Source: Candidatus Kaiserbacteria bacterium (GTDB lineage: Bacteria; Patescibacteriota; Minisyncoccia; Phycocordibacterales; UBA918). From it: a DNA stretch of 64,000 nucleotides. A model generated the notes under the pieces. That model did no database searches and was not told the DNA's origin. It worked only from the letters and a program-made list of their open reading frames with translations. The first letter of the stretch is position 1. Each line of letters starts with the position of its first letter. Location: positions 182,893 through 246,892 of the forward strand of contig JANPCG010000013.1 in the NCBI GenBank assembly GCA_031430855.1. Direction: 5' to 3'. This document shows positions 27,209-35,911 of the stretch, piece by piece. Position numbers and translations under genes: made by a program.

Positions 27209-28111
27209 ATGGCAACACTCTACACCCATCAAGGCAGTAACATCAGAAAAACCTGGCTTCTCATGGCGTCATTTTTTGTGCTTGTCATAGCGGTTTGTTA
27301 CGCCGTTTCGTTTTATCTCGGTGATCCCTCGATTCTCTATATTGGAGTGGTATTTGCGCTTGTGATGAACGTCGGCAGTTATTGGTATTCTGATAAGCTC
27401 GTTTTGAGTATGACGGGAGCGAAGCCGGTAGCCAAAGCTGATGCGCCCGAGTTGTACAATATAGTTGAAAATTTAGCGATTACCGCCGGCCTCCCGATGC
27501 CAAAGGTGTATATCATGGATGATCCGGCACCGAACGCGTTTGCGACGGGACGAAACCCTGAACATGCGGTTGTGGCGGTAACCTCAGGATTACTCCAGAT
27601 TCTTGATCGGAATGAACTTGAGGGAGTGGTGGCGCATGAGATGGCGCATATCGGTAATCGCGATATGTTAGTAATGACTGTTGCGGTAGTGTTGGCTGGA
27701 TTTGTTGCCATTATTGCCGACTTTTTCTCCCGGGCTCTGATGTTTGGTGGGGGAGATAATCGCGATAGTAAAGCGGGAGTACTGTTTCTTGTTCTTGGTA
27801 TCGTAGGGATTATCCTCGCCCCGATTGCGGCGCAGTTGATGCAGATGGCTATCTCAAGGCGGCGGGAATACTTGGCTGACGCGACCGGAGCACTCCTGAC
27901 TCGGTATCCAGAGGGTCTGGCATCCGCTTTGGAGAAGATTTCGTCGTACAGTCACCCAATGCAGCGTACGAGCCACGCCACGGCCCATCTCTTTATTTCT
28001 GACCCGTACGGAGCGGTAGGGAAGCGTTCGTTTGGACAAAAAATCGGCGGCCTGTTTCAAACGCATCCACCGGCAGCGGAACGAATTAGGTTGCTTCGGT
28101 CTATGGATTAA
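27209..28111 (+). CDS. htpX: zinc metalloprotease HtpX (M48)
   Basis: VAHEMAHIGNRD (HExxH), four TM helices and a C-terminal ...E zinc ligand region. Confidence 0.85.
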   Translation: MATLYTHQGSNIRKTWLLMASFFVLVIAVCYAVSFYLGDPSILYIGVVFALVMNVGSYWYSDKLVLSMTGAKPVAKADAPELYNIVENLAITAGLPMPKVYIMDDPAPNAFATGRNPEHAVVAVTSGLLQILDRNELEGVVAHEMAHIGNRDMLVMTVAVVLAGFVAIIADFFSRALMFGGGDNRDSKAGVLFLVLGIVGIILAPIAAQLMQMAISRRREYLADATGALLTRYPEGLASALEKISSYSHPMQRTSHATAHLFISDPYGAVGKRSFGQKIGGLFQTHPPAAERIRLLRSMD

Positions 28112-28121
28112 TAAACAAAAA

Positions 28122-28148
28122 ACGACACGCGATACCGTGTCGTTTTTT
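28122..28148 (+). terminator. rho-independent terminator after htpX
   Basis: ACGACACG-cgatac-CGTGTCGT followed by TTTTTT. Confidence 0.7.
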
Positions 28149-28187
28149 CCTACTCAGTCAATAGTGGGTATGTAGTACAATATAACG

Positions 28188-29021
28188 ATGTGGAGATTTC
28201 TGCGGCAGTGTCTGGTATTTTGCATCATCGTTATTTTTTTCTCGTTGTTGCTTACGGGGTATTTTTTTCGTACACCGAGTCTGGAGCGAGCCTGGTCACT
28301 TGATCAACGTGTATTGCCCAGCGCAGTGATTGTAGGAGACGAGATTGCGATTTATAACGTGCGTAATTTTACCTACCGGACAAAAGATGACTATACGCCC
28401 TATTACGAAGACCGAACCTACCGTCTCAGTGAGCTCGAGCGGGTAGATTATATCGTTGAGGCTTTTGGGAGTATTGGAGCAGCGCATACCTTTTTAAGTT
28501 TTGGCTTTAAAAATGGTGAGCAGGTGGCTATTTCAGCGGAAATCCGTAAAGAAGAGGGTGAGAAATTTTCACCATGGCTCGGGATGTTACGCCAATATGA
28601 ACTCATGTATGTAATTGCAGACGAGCGAGATGTAATTAAACTTCGCACCAATTATCGTAAAAATCTGGTTTATCTGTATCCCGTGAAAGCCAGTCCGACG
28701 GATATTCAGACATTGTTTGTCTCGATGCTTGAACGCACTAACGCACTTACCAAAAATCCTGAGTTTTATAACACGATTACGAATACCTGTACTACCAACA
28801 TCGCCTCCCATGTTAATGAAATTGCACCGGGACGAATACCATTTGATCTTCGATTATTGTTACCGCAATACTCAGATCGTCTCGCGTATGAATCGGGACT
28901 ACTCGCAACCGATGTGCCGCTTAGTGAATTACAGTCTACCCATCAAATCAATGAGGCGGCGTTGGAGTTTGCTGATGATCCAAACTTTTCGAAGCAGATT
29001 AGGGGTCGTCAGAGTCAATAA
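28188..29021 (+). CDS. DUF4105-like membrane-anchored protein, hypothetical
   Basis: N-terminal TM helix. The VRNFTYR segment resembles the DUF4105 (Lnb N-terminal-like) family. Weak. Confidence 0.3.
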   Translation: MWRFLRQCLVFCIIVIFFSLLLTGYFFRTPSLERAWSLDQRVLPSAVIVGDEIAIYNVRNFTYRTKDDYTPYYEDRTYRLSELERVDYIVEAFGSIGAAHTFLSFGFKNGEQVAISAEIRKEEGEKFSPWLGMLRQYELMYVIADERDVIKLRTNYRKNLVYLYPVKASPTDIQTLFVSMLERTNALTKNPEFYNTITNTCTTNIASHVNEIAPGRIPFDLRLLLPQYSDRLAYESGLLATDVPLSELQSTHQINEAALEFADDPNFSKQIRGRQSQ

Positions 29022-29027
29022 TTATTC

Positions 29028-30023
29028 TTAAAGTTTAATCTTGAGCTGAATAGCTGCTGTTACTGCATCAACACTGTTAGCTGGCGTATTCAATTTTACT
29101 GCAGAATCATATTTACTAAAGTCAGTTTCGCTATAATCAAGTAGGTACGTAGTCTTGTTCTTTTCAGTAATTGGTATCCACGTTGCACTGACAATTTTTA
29201 CTGGCTTCTTTGAAGTATTGTCTATCCAAACTGATATATATGAGTAATCAGCAATGAATTGAGTCACGTTTTCATTTGAAAGGCTTTTAATAAAAGTCTT
29301 ATCAGTAAGTAATCCATAACCTGCTTCATCCAGAGTGAGTGTCTTTGTTAATTCTGTAAAAAATGGCTTAATAGCTGAAGCTTTAAATTCAAAGTTATAG
29401 CGAGTGGTATTAGGAACCGTAATATCATCATCAATATCGTCTGTATATTTTTGCCAAAGTCCGCTATTAGTGGCTGCCAATACCCCCTTAGTAGTTGAAT
29501 TTTTTTCTTCGCTGATTGATTTTGTACTAAAAACTTCAAATAGTGCAGATACTCCTAAACCTTCTCCTATTTTTTCATATTGTGAACCGTTGGCCTTAAT
29601 CCATTTATTGCGTAATGACTTATTTTTAAGTTGCTCTGGTTTGAAATAAATATTTTGCCCATCAGAAATTACCGCCATTTGATAGAGATACTTTGGCTTT
29701 GTTTTGCCCGTTTCAAACGTAATAGTAGAGCTCGAAACACCTAGCTGCGTGGTGTTGGTTGCATAAAACATAATCCCAAACTGGGTTTTACCCGTGTAAA
29801 ATAATGGTTTCTTATCTCCCATTTTTTTATAAACATAGGAAATATTTACGCTATCAACGGTAACATTTTGAGCGTTTTGAGGAATATCAGTTGCCGTCTT
29901 AATAAACTCATTAGGTGAAAGATTGTTCCAATTTGTTTGGGCAAAAACACTATTGGTGTTTACGACATAAATACTAGCAAGTAGTAGGCAAAATATAATT
30001 TTTTTCATTTTTTTAGTATACAA
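29028..30023 (-). CDS. secreted hypothetical protein
   Basis: Signal peptide MKKIIFCLLLASIYVVNTNSVFA. Asn/Thr/Lys-rich. Confidence 0.4.
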   Translation of the reverse strand: MYTKKMKKIIFCLLLASIYVVNTNSVFAQTNWNNLSPNEFIKTATDIPQNAQNVTVDSVNISYVYKKMGDKKPLFYTGKTQFGIMFYATNTTQLGVSSSTITFETGKTKPKYLYQMAVISDGQNIYFKPEQLKNKSLRNKWIKANGSQYEKIGEGLGVSALFEVFSTKSISEEKNSTTKGVLAATNSGLWQKYTDDIDDDITVPNTTRYNFEFKASAIKPFFTELTKTLTLDEAGYGLLTDKTFIKSLSNENVTQFIADYSYISVWIDNTSKKPVKIVSATWIPITEKNKTTYLLDYSETDFSKYDSAVKLNTPANSVDAVTAAIQLKIKL

Positions 30024-30084
30024 GGATGTCTAAAAATAACAAATAAGCCGCCGCTATTTCCGAAGTGGAAGTAGCGGCGGAGCA

Positions 30085-30594
30085 TCAGGCTGTTTCGACC
30101 GGTTTGGTTTGAGCGGCTTTGAATACACGCTTCATTGCTTGCCAGTGTTCTTCGTTCAGCTGCCGATCGATGGCATCAAGAACTTCCGTATATGATGCCC
30201 GGAAGAGCATCATGCCAATGATGGCACTGTAGATCTCATCATCGACTTCGGAAAACCCAGAGAAAGAGACGATTATGCTACTTCCTGGTAGTCGGACGGC
30301 CCCACCGTACCGTTGCTGTTCTGGATCACGGCTCTGACGGCTTGTGGTGTGTTTGGGGTGACCAAGTAACCGCATGGCCTTTTCCCGCGAGAATTCACGA
30401 TACTTGGCCATTTTCTCTGGGGCTGGGGCGCCGACCATCTTGTGGATGAGTTGACTGCCTTCTGCATCGCAGATGTACACGCAGCCCCCGGTCCGGTTGT
30501 CAGCGCAGAAAGCTGCAACGGCCGGTGTGGTCAGACTGAGGACCATTGCAACGTGGTCAAGAAATTTCGGGGTAATTATTGGCGCGTGGCCCAT
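30085..30594 (-). CDS. hypothetical protein
   Basis: No confident family. A terminator hairpin (CCGCCGCTA...TAGCGGCGG) lies downstream at 30040-30080. Confidence 0.35.
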   Translation of the reverse strand: MGHAPIITPKFLDHVAMVLSLTTPAVAAFCADNRTGGCVYICDAEGSQLIHKMVGAPAPEKMAKYREFSREKAMRLLGHPKHTTSRQSRDPEQQRYGGAVRLPGSSIIVSFSGFSEVDDEIYSAIIGMMLFRASYTEVLDAIDRQLNEEHWQAMKRVFKAAQTKPVETA

Positions 30595-30762
30595 CGGTAA
30601 TCCCTTCGGCGGTTTGAGGACAGTTGAACTTCAGGATTCTTTATATCCCGATGGCGCTACCATACAACAGCTGGGGAATGTTGTCTATCCGTAAAGAAAG
30701 AAACGTAATTGAAATTAGGGGATTCGTTGTGAGTGTGTGGTAATTGCGTAAATAAAACTTGA

Positions 30763-31452
30763 ATGTGCACAAAGAACAAAGTAATTAGATATACTATACC
30801 TATGAAAGTTTTAATACTCATTGTAGCAGCGTTCACGGTAGTGAGTGTATATTTTTATTTCACTATTGCTCCGGCCGATGCGCCTTTCTATACCCCGGTG
30901 CTTCCGCTTGATGAAATTATTGATACCCCAATACCAACTACCTCAGCTCCAGCGCAAATTGCGGTGTTTGAAAATACGGATTACGACTTTACGTTTAGGT
31001 TCCGCATCAAACCATATGGATACTCAGTCTTTGAAAACACCCTTGATCAAAATATCGATATAGGCACCTTGTTTGGGGCAACGTTTATGCGTTCTAATGA
31101 CTACAATGAATCAGTCAAAGCAGCAGCTGCAGGTAACGCGATAGACGGACTCCCTTCAATGTCTGTATATGTGTATAGCGCTTCAAAAGTTCTCGATTTA
31201 GAAGCATGGTTAGCTTCAAACAAAAAGATTACCAATTGTGTTGAGGGTGAAATTACGGCAACGGAACTTGCTGGTCAAGATGCCTCGGTATGTCTGTGGG
31301 AGGGGCTTTATCCGGGAACAACCATCGCTCAGATTAGTGATAATAAAATCTACGTGCTCATTGGTACGAGAGAATCAGCTGAAACACTTGATGGTTATTC
31401 GTATGAGAAAGATTTTAACGAGTTGGTGGAGAGCTTTGAACTCATGCATTAA
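30763..31452 (+). CDS. hypothetical membrane-anchored protein
   Basis: N-terminal TM helix, then an extracellular domain. Confidence 0.4.
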   Translation: MCTKNKVIRYTIPMKVLILIVAAFTVVSVYFYFTIAPADAPFYTPVLPLDEIIDTPIPTTSAPAQIAVFENTDYDFTFRFRIKPYGYSVFENTLDQNIDIGTLFGATFMRSNDYNESVKAAAAGNAIDGLPSMSVYVYSASKVLDLEAWLASNKKITNCVEGEITATELAGQDASVCLWEGLYPGTTIAQISDNKIYVLIGTRESAETLDGYSYEKDFNELVESFELMH

Positions 31453-31477
31453 TCATTTCCCGGACTCATGCGTTCGC

Positions 31478-31612
31478 TGCGGAGAGGGGATTCGAAACTT
31501 ACAGTTTCAGTACCCCAATTGGATACTTTAGTTCGCTTCACTTCTAAAGTCTCTCAATCGGGCTTCGAATCCCCACATGAGTGACATTGAGTCACTCATT
31601 CACCCTCCGCTC
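31478..31612 (+). repeat. tRNA-end-flanked structured repeat family 2, copy Z
   Basis: Left end GCGGAGAGGGGATTCGAA and right end (inverted) CACCCTCCGC both mimic the tRNA-Ser 3' acceptor/T-arm. Internal ACTTACAGTTTCAGTACCCC, GGGCTTCGAATCCCCAC and the hairpin ATGAGTGACATTGAGTCACTCAT. Confidence 0.55.
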
Positions 31613-31630
31613 CTTTATTCCATTCAGTCG

Positions 31631-31717
31631 CGGAGGGTGGGAGATTCGAACTCCCGATCAGATTGCTCCGATACTGCCTTTCCAAGGCAGCGCACTAGGC
31701 CACTATGCGAACCCTCC
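31631..31717 (-). tRNA. tRNA-Ser (anticodon GGA)
   Basis: Reverse complement folds as a cloverleaf: acceptor GGAGGGT/ACCCTCC, anticodon loop cTTGGAAa (GGA), long variable arm, T-arm GGGAGTTCGAATCTCCC. No encoded CCA. Confidence 0.85.
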
Positions 31718-31737
31718 ATGTGATTGGCGGTACACCC

Positions 31738-31899
31738 ACTTCTTACAGAAGCTGTAAATTCTACGAATTCTGTACAGGTTGTCGTTACTGCGTAACAGGC
31801 AACCTCCTGAAACAATATATTATACTGTTTCAGCCTATCACTCTTTTTCCAAAAGAGCTGGCAAGGTCTTGCGAAAGTCTCCCAGACTTTCTCACACTC
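31738..31899 (+). repeat. structured repeat family 1, copy B (longest)
   Basis: CTTCTTACAGAAGCTGTA ... CAGGTTGTCG ... [50-nt insert with perfect hairpin CTGAAACA/TGTTTCAG] ... TTTTTCCAAAAGAGCTGGCAAGGTCTTGCGA-[GAAAGTCT ccc AGACTTTC]-TCACACTC. Confidence 0.6.
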
Positions 31900-31963
31900 T
31901 GCCACCTCTCCGTGGTGGCGCTATCATACATTATAATTGTCACTCTTTAAAATATCTGTATAC

Positions 31964-31995
31964 AAAACAACCACCCGTAATGGGTGGTTGTTTTG
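31964..31995. terminator. bidirectional rho-independent terminator
   Basis: AAAA-CAACCACCC-gtaat-GGGTGGTTG-TTTT. Confidence 0.7.
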
Positions 31996-31996
31996 A

Positions 31997-32137
31997 TTAG
32001 CTAGCAGTTTGTCCGTCGCTTGCTATACAAGCTTTGAGTTCATTGGTTTCGGTCCAGCCACATTGTCCCGTTGCTTGTTGTTCACAGCGAGCCGTTTTAT
32101 AACAAGCATATACCGGTCGGTATTCACAGGTTGACAT
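31997..32137 (-). CDS. candidate small Cys-rich peptide (46 aa)
   Basis: Manual translation gives MSTCEYRPVYACYKTARCEQQATGQCGWTETNELKACIASDGQTAS (5 Cys). The stop abuts the terminator at 31964-31995. Below the ORF-track cutoff. Confidence 0.25.
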   Translation of the reverse strand: MSTCEYRPVYACYKTARCEQQATGQCGWTETNELKACIASDGQTAS

Positions 32138-32218
32138 CAATGGCTCATCGGATGCATCGCTACAAAGCTGTGCACTGCAGCCGCCGATGACACACTGAGT
32201 GGTCCTGGCATCCTCACT

Positions 32219-32677
32219 TCAATTGAGTACCTTTACGTAAAACCCTTCGCTCCCATAGAGGGTGTAGGTGCCATCAGTCAATTCCTGGGCGTAGACTTCA
32301 ATGTCCTTTCCAATCATACTTTCGAGGTCACCGATACTTGGCGAACCAATAATCGTTCCGACAGTCTCTTGGCTCCATCCCATAATAACGGTGACATGTT
32401 TACCAGAAACAGTGACATAACATTCGCCGTCTGAGAAGCATCCCGTATTAACTTCTTCCAGTTTTCCAGTAAATGTATCTGCTTTAATTTTTCCTCCTAC
32501 AGCTGGGGTGTCAGTGGGAGGGAGTCGCCGGGCATTCGTATCAGTTGTTGTATCGGTCGTAGTAGCGGGTTCATTTAGGGGCGTATCAGTCGTTGGTGCA
32601 TTAGCGGGCTCCATCACCACCAATAATACGGCCATAACAACAATTAGAATTGCTCCTCCGGCTAAGATTATTTTCAT
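32219..32677 (-). CDS. secreted or membrane-anchored hypothetical protein
   Basis: N-terminal hydrophobic helix, Thr/Asp-rich linker, C-terminal domain. Confidence 0.4.
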   Translation of the reverse strand: MKIILAGGAILIVVMAVLLVVMEPANAPTTDTPLNEPATTTDTTTDTNARRLPPTDTPAVGGKIKADTFTGKLEEVNTGCFSDGECYVTVSGKHVTVIMGWSQETVGTIIGSPSIGDLESMIGKDIEVYAQELTDGTYTLYGSEGFYVKVLN

Positions 32678-32756
32678 ATGACTAAATTATTTCACACTTG
32701 TTCTCCGGTGACAATACACTACAGAGTTTCTTTTGGTTCGTCCTTGATTTAGCTTA

Positions 32757-33290
32757 GTGGTATACTGCAAGATATTACATATGAAACGACAAGATATCTG
32801 GACGTTAGGCACTACGTTTTTGGTGGGGGTAGTTGCGGGTGGGTATATATACGTAACGGGGTTTAAGCCACAATTTGAAGAGTTTACTGGGCAAACGGCT
32901 GAGGTGTATGAAGATCTGGTTATTGTGGGGGAGCAGTACGGCGGGGATGTTCAGGGTACTTTACCATCTTTTCAGTTGGTGAGTGATGCTACCTTTACCT
33001 ATATTCCAGCTACCGGCCCTAATGAAACGCCTATTCCGCAGCAAGGGTCCTTGCCTCGGGCGTTGTGGAATGACCTAAACGAAGCAATAGGGGGTACTGC
33101 AATGAGTGAAAACGCCGAGCTTGTTACGGTGGCGAATTGCACCTCGTTTGTTGACGGAATTGATTATCGCTATGAAATTACGGTTGATTCAGCTGTGTAT
33201 AGCCTTGACACCTGTGGTACTGACTTCACGAGTACCGAACTACGCCAAGCTCTCGACAAAATCTGGAAATATTTTACAACTCTAGAATAA
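32757..33290 (+). CDS. membrane-anchored hypothetical protein
   Basis: N-terminal TM helix. Confidence 0.4.
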   Translation: MVYCKILHMKRQDIWTLGTTFLVGVVAGGYIYVTGFKPQFEEFTGQTAEVYEDLVIVGEQYGGDVQGTLPSFQLVSDATFTYIPATGPNETPIPQQGSLPRALWNDLNEAIGGTAMSENAELVTVANCTSFVDGIDYRYEITVDSAVYSLDTCGTDFTSTELRQALDKIWKYFTTLE

Positions 33291-33415
33291 TGAAAGAGAT
33301 AAAGCTGTGACTCGTACTATAAAGTGAGGGTATGCCCTCACTTTTGTTCGTTAAAAGTTTATCTTATGTCCTATATACAAAGAACTACTTTGAAAATAAT
33401 AATTTGAAAACGTAT

Positions 33416-34057
33416 ATGAATTCAAAATCTCTGTTAATTGCTATTGCTGCGCTCGCTTTGACTGCTTCAGGAGCGCAGGCTTTTTCTGGAGAAACCCTCA
33501 GGCGGGCTGGATTATCAGAATCTCAACGAGCGGCCTTTGCGGTGGCGCGAGATTTGCGCGAAGAAGGAGATACCGAAGGGGCTCGAAATATATTAGTCGA
33601 AGCCGGAATTGATGAGAAAGTAATAGAACGGGTGCGAAGCGCCATTGCTGATGATACTGTAACAAAACACTCCGGACAGTATGCTGCCTTACAGGCGAAT
33701 GATTATGAATCGTTCAAGGTAGCGGTAGTCGGGTTGCCGCTTGCTGATATCATTACGACTGAGGCTGATTTTGAGCAGTTTAAAGCAGCCCATACCTTAC
33801 GACGAAACGGAAATACCAAGTCAGCTGATGCAATTTTTACCGAACTCGGTATGCTGAAGCAGAATGGAAGGGCACATATAGTTAAAAAGCATTCATGGCA
33901 TGAAGAATTAACTGATGAACAAGCGGCTGCTTTTACCGTGGCTCAAGCTGCTAATGATCGTGATGCAATGGAAGCCATAATGGAAGAAGCGGGAATTGTG
34001 AGGGGAGATCGATCGTCCAGTCCAAAATATCTGCGTGATGGTCGGATTCTTGATTAA
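33416..34057 (+). CDS. secreted helical-repeat protein, hypothetical
   Basis: Signal peptide MNSKSLLIAIAALALTASGAQA. Internal repeat (LSESQRAAFAVA...EAGI / LTDEQAAAFTVA...EAGI). The ORF track extends upstream to 33332. Confidence 0.4.
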   Translation: MNSKSLLIAIAALALTASGAQAFSGETLRRAGLSESQRAAFAVARDLREEGDTEGARNILVEAGIDEKVIERVRSAIADDTVTKHSGQYAALQANDYESFKVAVVGLPLADIITTEADFEQFKAAHTLRRNGNTKSADAIFTELGMLKQNGRAHIVKKHSWHEELTDEQAAAFTVAQAANDRDAMEAIMEEAGIVRGDRSSSPKYLRDGRILD

Positions 34058-34139
34058 TCACACAGTGTAACTTCTTTACCCACCGCGCCCTCTATGTGAG
34101 AGCGGCGCGGTTCGTGGTATTTAGTGCTACACTAGAGCT

Positions 34140-34799
34140 ATGCGATGGACTATATTTTTGTTCTCTATTTGGGTGTTTGTAACAACTTTCTCTACTGCGG
34201 GAGCCTATACTGCGGTGCTTGAGCCGGTGGCTACTCCCTACGAAGTAGTGACAATTAACGACGATCCTATGATTGAGCGGTCGATTTTAGGTGAACTCGA
34301 AGGTTCTCCTGAGATGTTTGAAATAACGTCAGACGTTGAGTTTACCCTTACGGTCGAAATACGAGCACTAATTGAATCAGCTACTTCTCCAGAATTTGCT
34401 GGTATTATCATTCGGCAAAAAGAGAGTCGGGGAGTCGAAGAGGTGGCGCGCTTGTGGGCCACTGATGCAGATTGGCTACGAGTCGTCCATAAAGAAACGG
34501 GACTGCCTTATTACGCTGGTCCTTTCTGGAGTCAAGTGATGCCAGCAGGAACGTACCGGATTGAAGTGAGTACACCCGAAAATAGTGGGAAATATATCCT
34601 CGTTATTGGCAGCCAGAGTGATAGTAATGGCTACCTTGAAAGTATTCGTAATGTAGCTCTGACCTATGAATTTTATGAAGCGTCGACAATCCGGATGTTT
34701 AATTCTCCCTACATACATTACCCGCTGGGAATTCTTCTCCTGATCTTGTTATTAGGAGGAACGTGGTGGTGGCATCGGTCACGAATTTCCCATGCTTAA
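34140..34799 (+). CDS. secreted protein with C-terminal TM anchor, hypothetical
   Basis: Signal peptide and C-terminal hydrophobic helix followed by WWWHRSR. Confidence 0.4.
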   Translation: MRWTIFLFSIWVFVTTFSTAGAYTAVLEPVATPYEVVTINDDPMIERSILGELEGSPEMFEITSDVEFTLTVEIRALIESATSPEFAGIIIRQKESRGVEEVARLWATDADWLRVVHKETGLPYYAGPFWSQVMPAGTYRIEVSTPENSGKYILVIGSQSDSNGYLESIRNVALTYEFYEASTIRMFNSPYIHYPLGILLLILLLGGTWWWHRSRISHA

Positions 34800-34904
34800 A
34801 TTTATTGTGATTGTACTCGCGGCAGTTATCTTTGCCTGGTTCTTCTATCAAGGGTTTAGTGGACAGCCATATAGTTTGCCGGCATTTTTGCAGTTTTAAT
34901 TGAT

Positions 34905-35162
34905 ATGGGCTGGTCTGTTTACATGCTTCGCTGTGCTGATGAGACGATATATACTGGGGTGACTACAGATCTGGAGCGACGGGTTCGTGAACATAACGGG
35001 GAGGTGAAAGGTAAGGGAGCTAAATATACCGCCGTTCGTCAGCCGGTGGTATTGGTATATTCAGAATCGTGTTCTAATCGCAGTGCGGCACAAATGCGAG
35101 AGTATACTTTGAGGAGCAGCAGTCGAATTGAGAAATTACGGCTCATTAAGCAAAAAAGTTAA
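34905..35162 (+). CDS. GIY-YIG domain nuclease (UPF0213 family)
   Basis: WSVYMLRCADETIYTGVTTDLERRVREHN is a GIY-YIG motif. Confidence 0.8.
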   Translation: MGWSVYMLRCADETIYTGVTTDLERRVREHNGEVKGKGAKYTAVRQPVVLVYSESCSNRSAAQMREYTLRSSSRIEKLRLIKQKS

Positions 35163-35212
35163 AAAACGTTCCCCCGCACAGATGTGGCGGGGGAAGTTGC
35201 GTCGTCGTGTGA

Positions 35213-35812
35213 TCAGCCATTGCGGAACAGACGCTTTAGGGTAGGCATGATGTACTGATCGTATGGATCAATGTAGCCAAGAACACTAAGAACAGACTCC
35301 TTTATCTGGTCAGTGAATCGTGGTATCCCAACACCAACTGTCCGTAGCTGGCTCGTAATCTCAGGCCAGTGCGTGAGAAATACTCGTGCCGAGCGTTTGC
35401 GGTGGTAGTTACTCGTCACGATGGTGAGGGTAGTCGGAGTGATACCATGGCTGCGCAGCAGGCCGTGCACCAGACGTGGATGTTCTGACGTCGCGCGGGC
35501 TTCCGGTTCAAGTATGGTTCGGGAGGTGAGTCCATAGATAAACGTATCTAGGATGCGATCGACGTGGTCCTTGGTCTGAATCCCCATGAGAGGATTTGAT
35601 TCCGCCGTCAGCGTCTTGATGTACTCGAGCGCCCGTTCTGCTTCGGACGGGAATTCCTTTCGAGTTTTTCCGCCAGTGATAATAAGACGGCTTGTCGGTG
35701 TCGCTCGGGCGAGCTCTACACCTTTCTTTATCCGCTCAATGAAATCAGCTGTGCAGGTACCGTCAGGGTTCAATTTGTGGCCGAGGACAATAATGATAGG
35801 GATGGCTGGCAT
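35213..35812 (-). CDS. DUF218/YdcF/SanA-family protein
   Basis: IIVLGHKLNPDGT...LIITGG pattern of DUF218 proteins. Confidence 0.55.
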   Translation of the reverse strand: MPAIPIIIVLGHKLNPDGTCTADFIERIKKGVELARATPTSRLIITGGKTRKEFPSEAERALEYIKTLTAESNPLMGIQTKDHVDRILDTFIYGLTSRTILEPEARATSEHPRLVHGLLRSHGITPTTLTIVTSNYHRKRSARVFLTHWPEITSQLRTVGVGIPRFTDQIKESVLSVLGYIDPYDQYIMPTLKRLFRNG

Positions 35813-35911
35813 AAAGGATGTCCTTTTAACGGGTGACGTTTCTTAAAAAATAGTATCACAAAAATTCATTTTGTATAGGTTCTCCTAGTCACAGGATTTT
35901 CTTATTTTTGT

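Noticed and set aside
31478-31612. Family-2 elements (Z, X, Y) as intron-containing or permuted tRNA genes
   Set aside because: The ends mimic tRNA acceptor and T-arms, but the interior cannot form D and anticodon arms, and both ends are copies of the 3' end in inverted orientation rather than 5'/3' halves.
34793-34903. 36-aa hydrophobic ORF (MLKFIVIVLAAVIFAWFFYQGFSGQPYSLPAFLQF) overlapping the stop of 34140-34799
   Set aside because: Plausible small membrane peptide, but no RBS and no conservation evidence available, so not reported as a feature.
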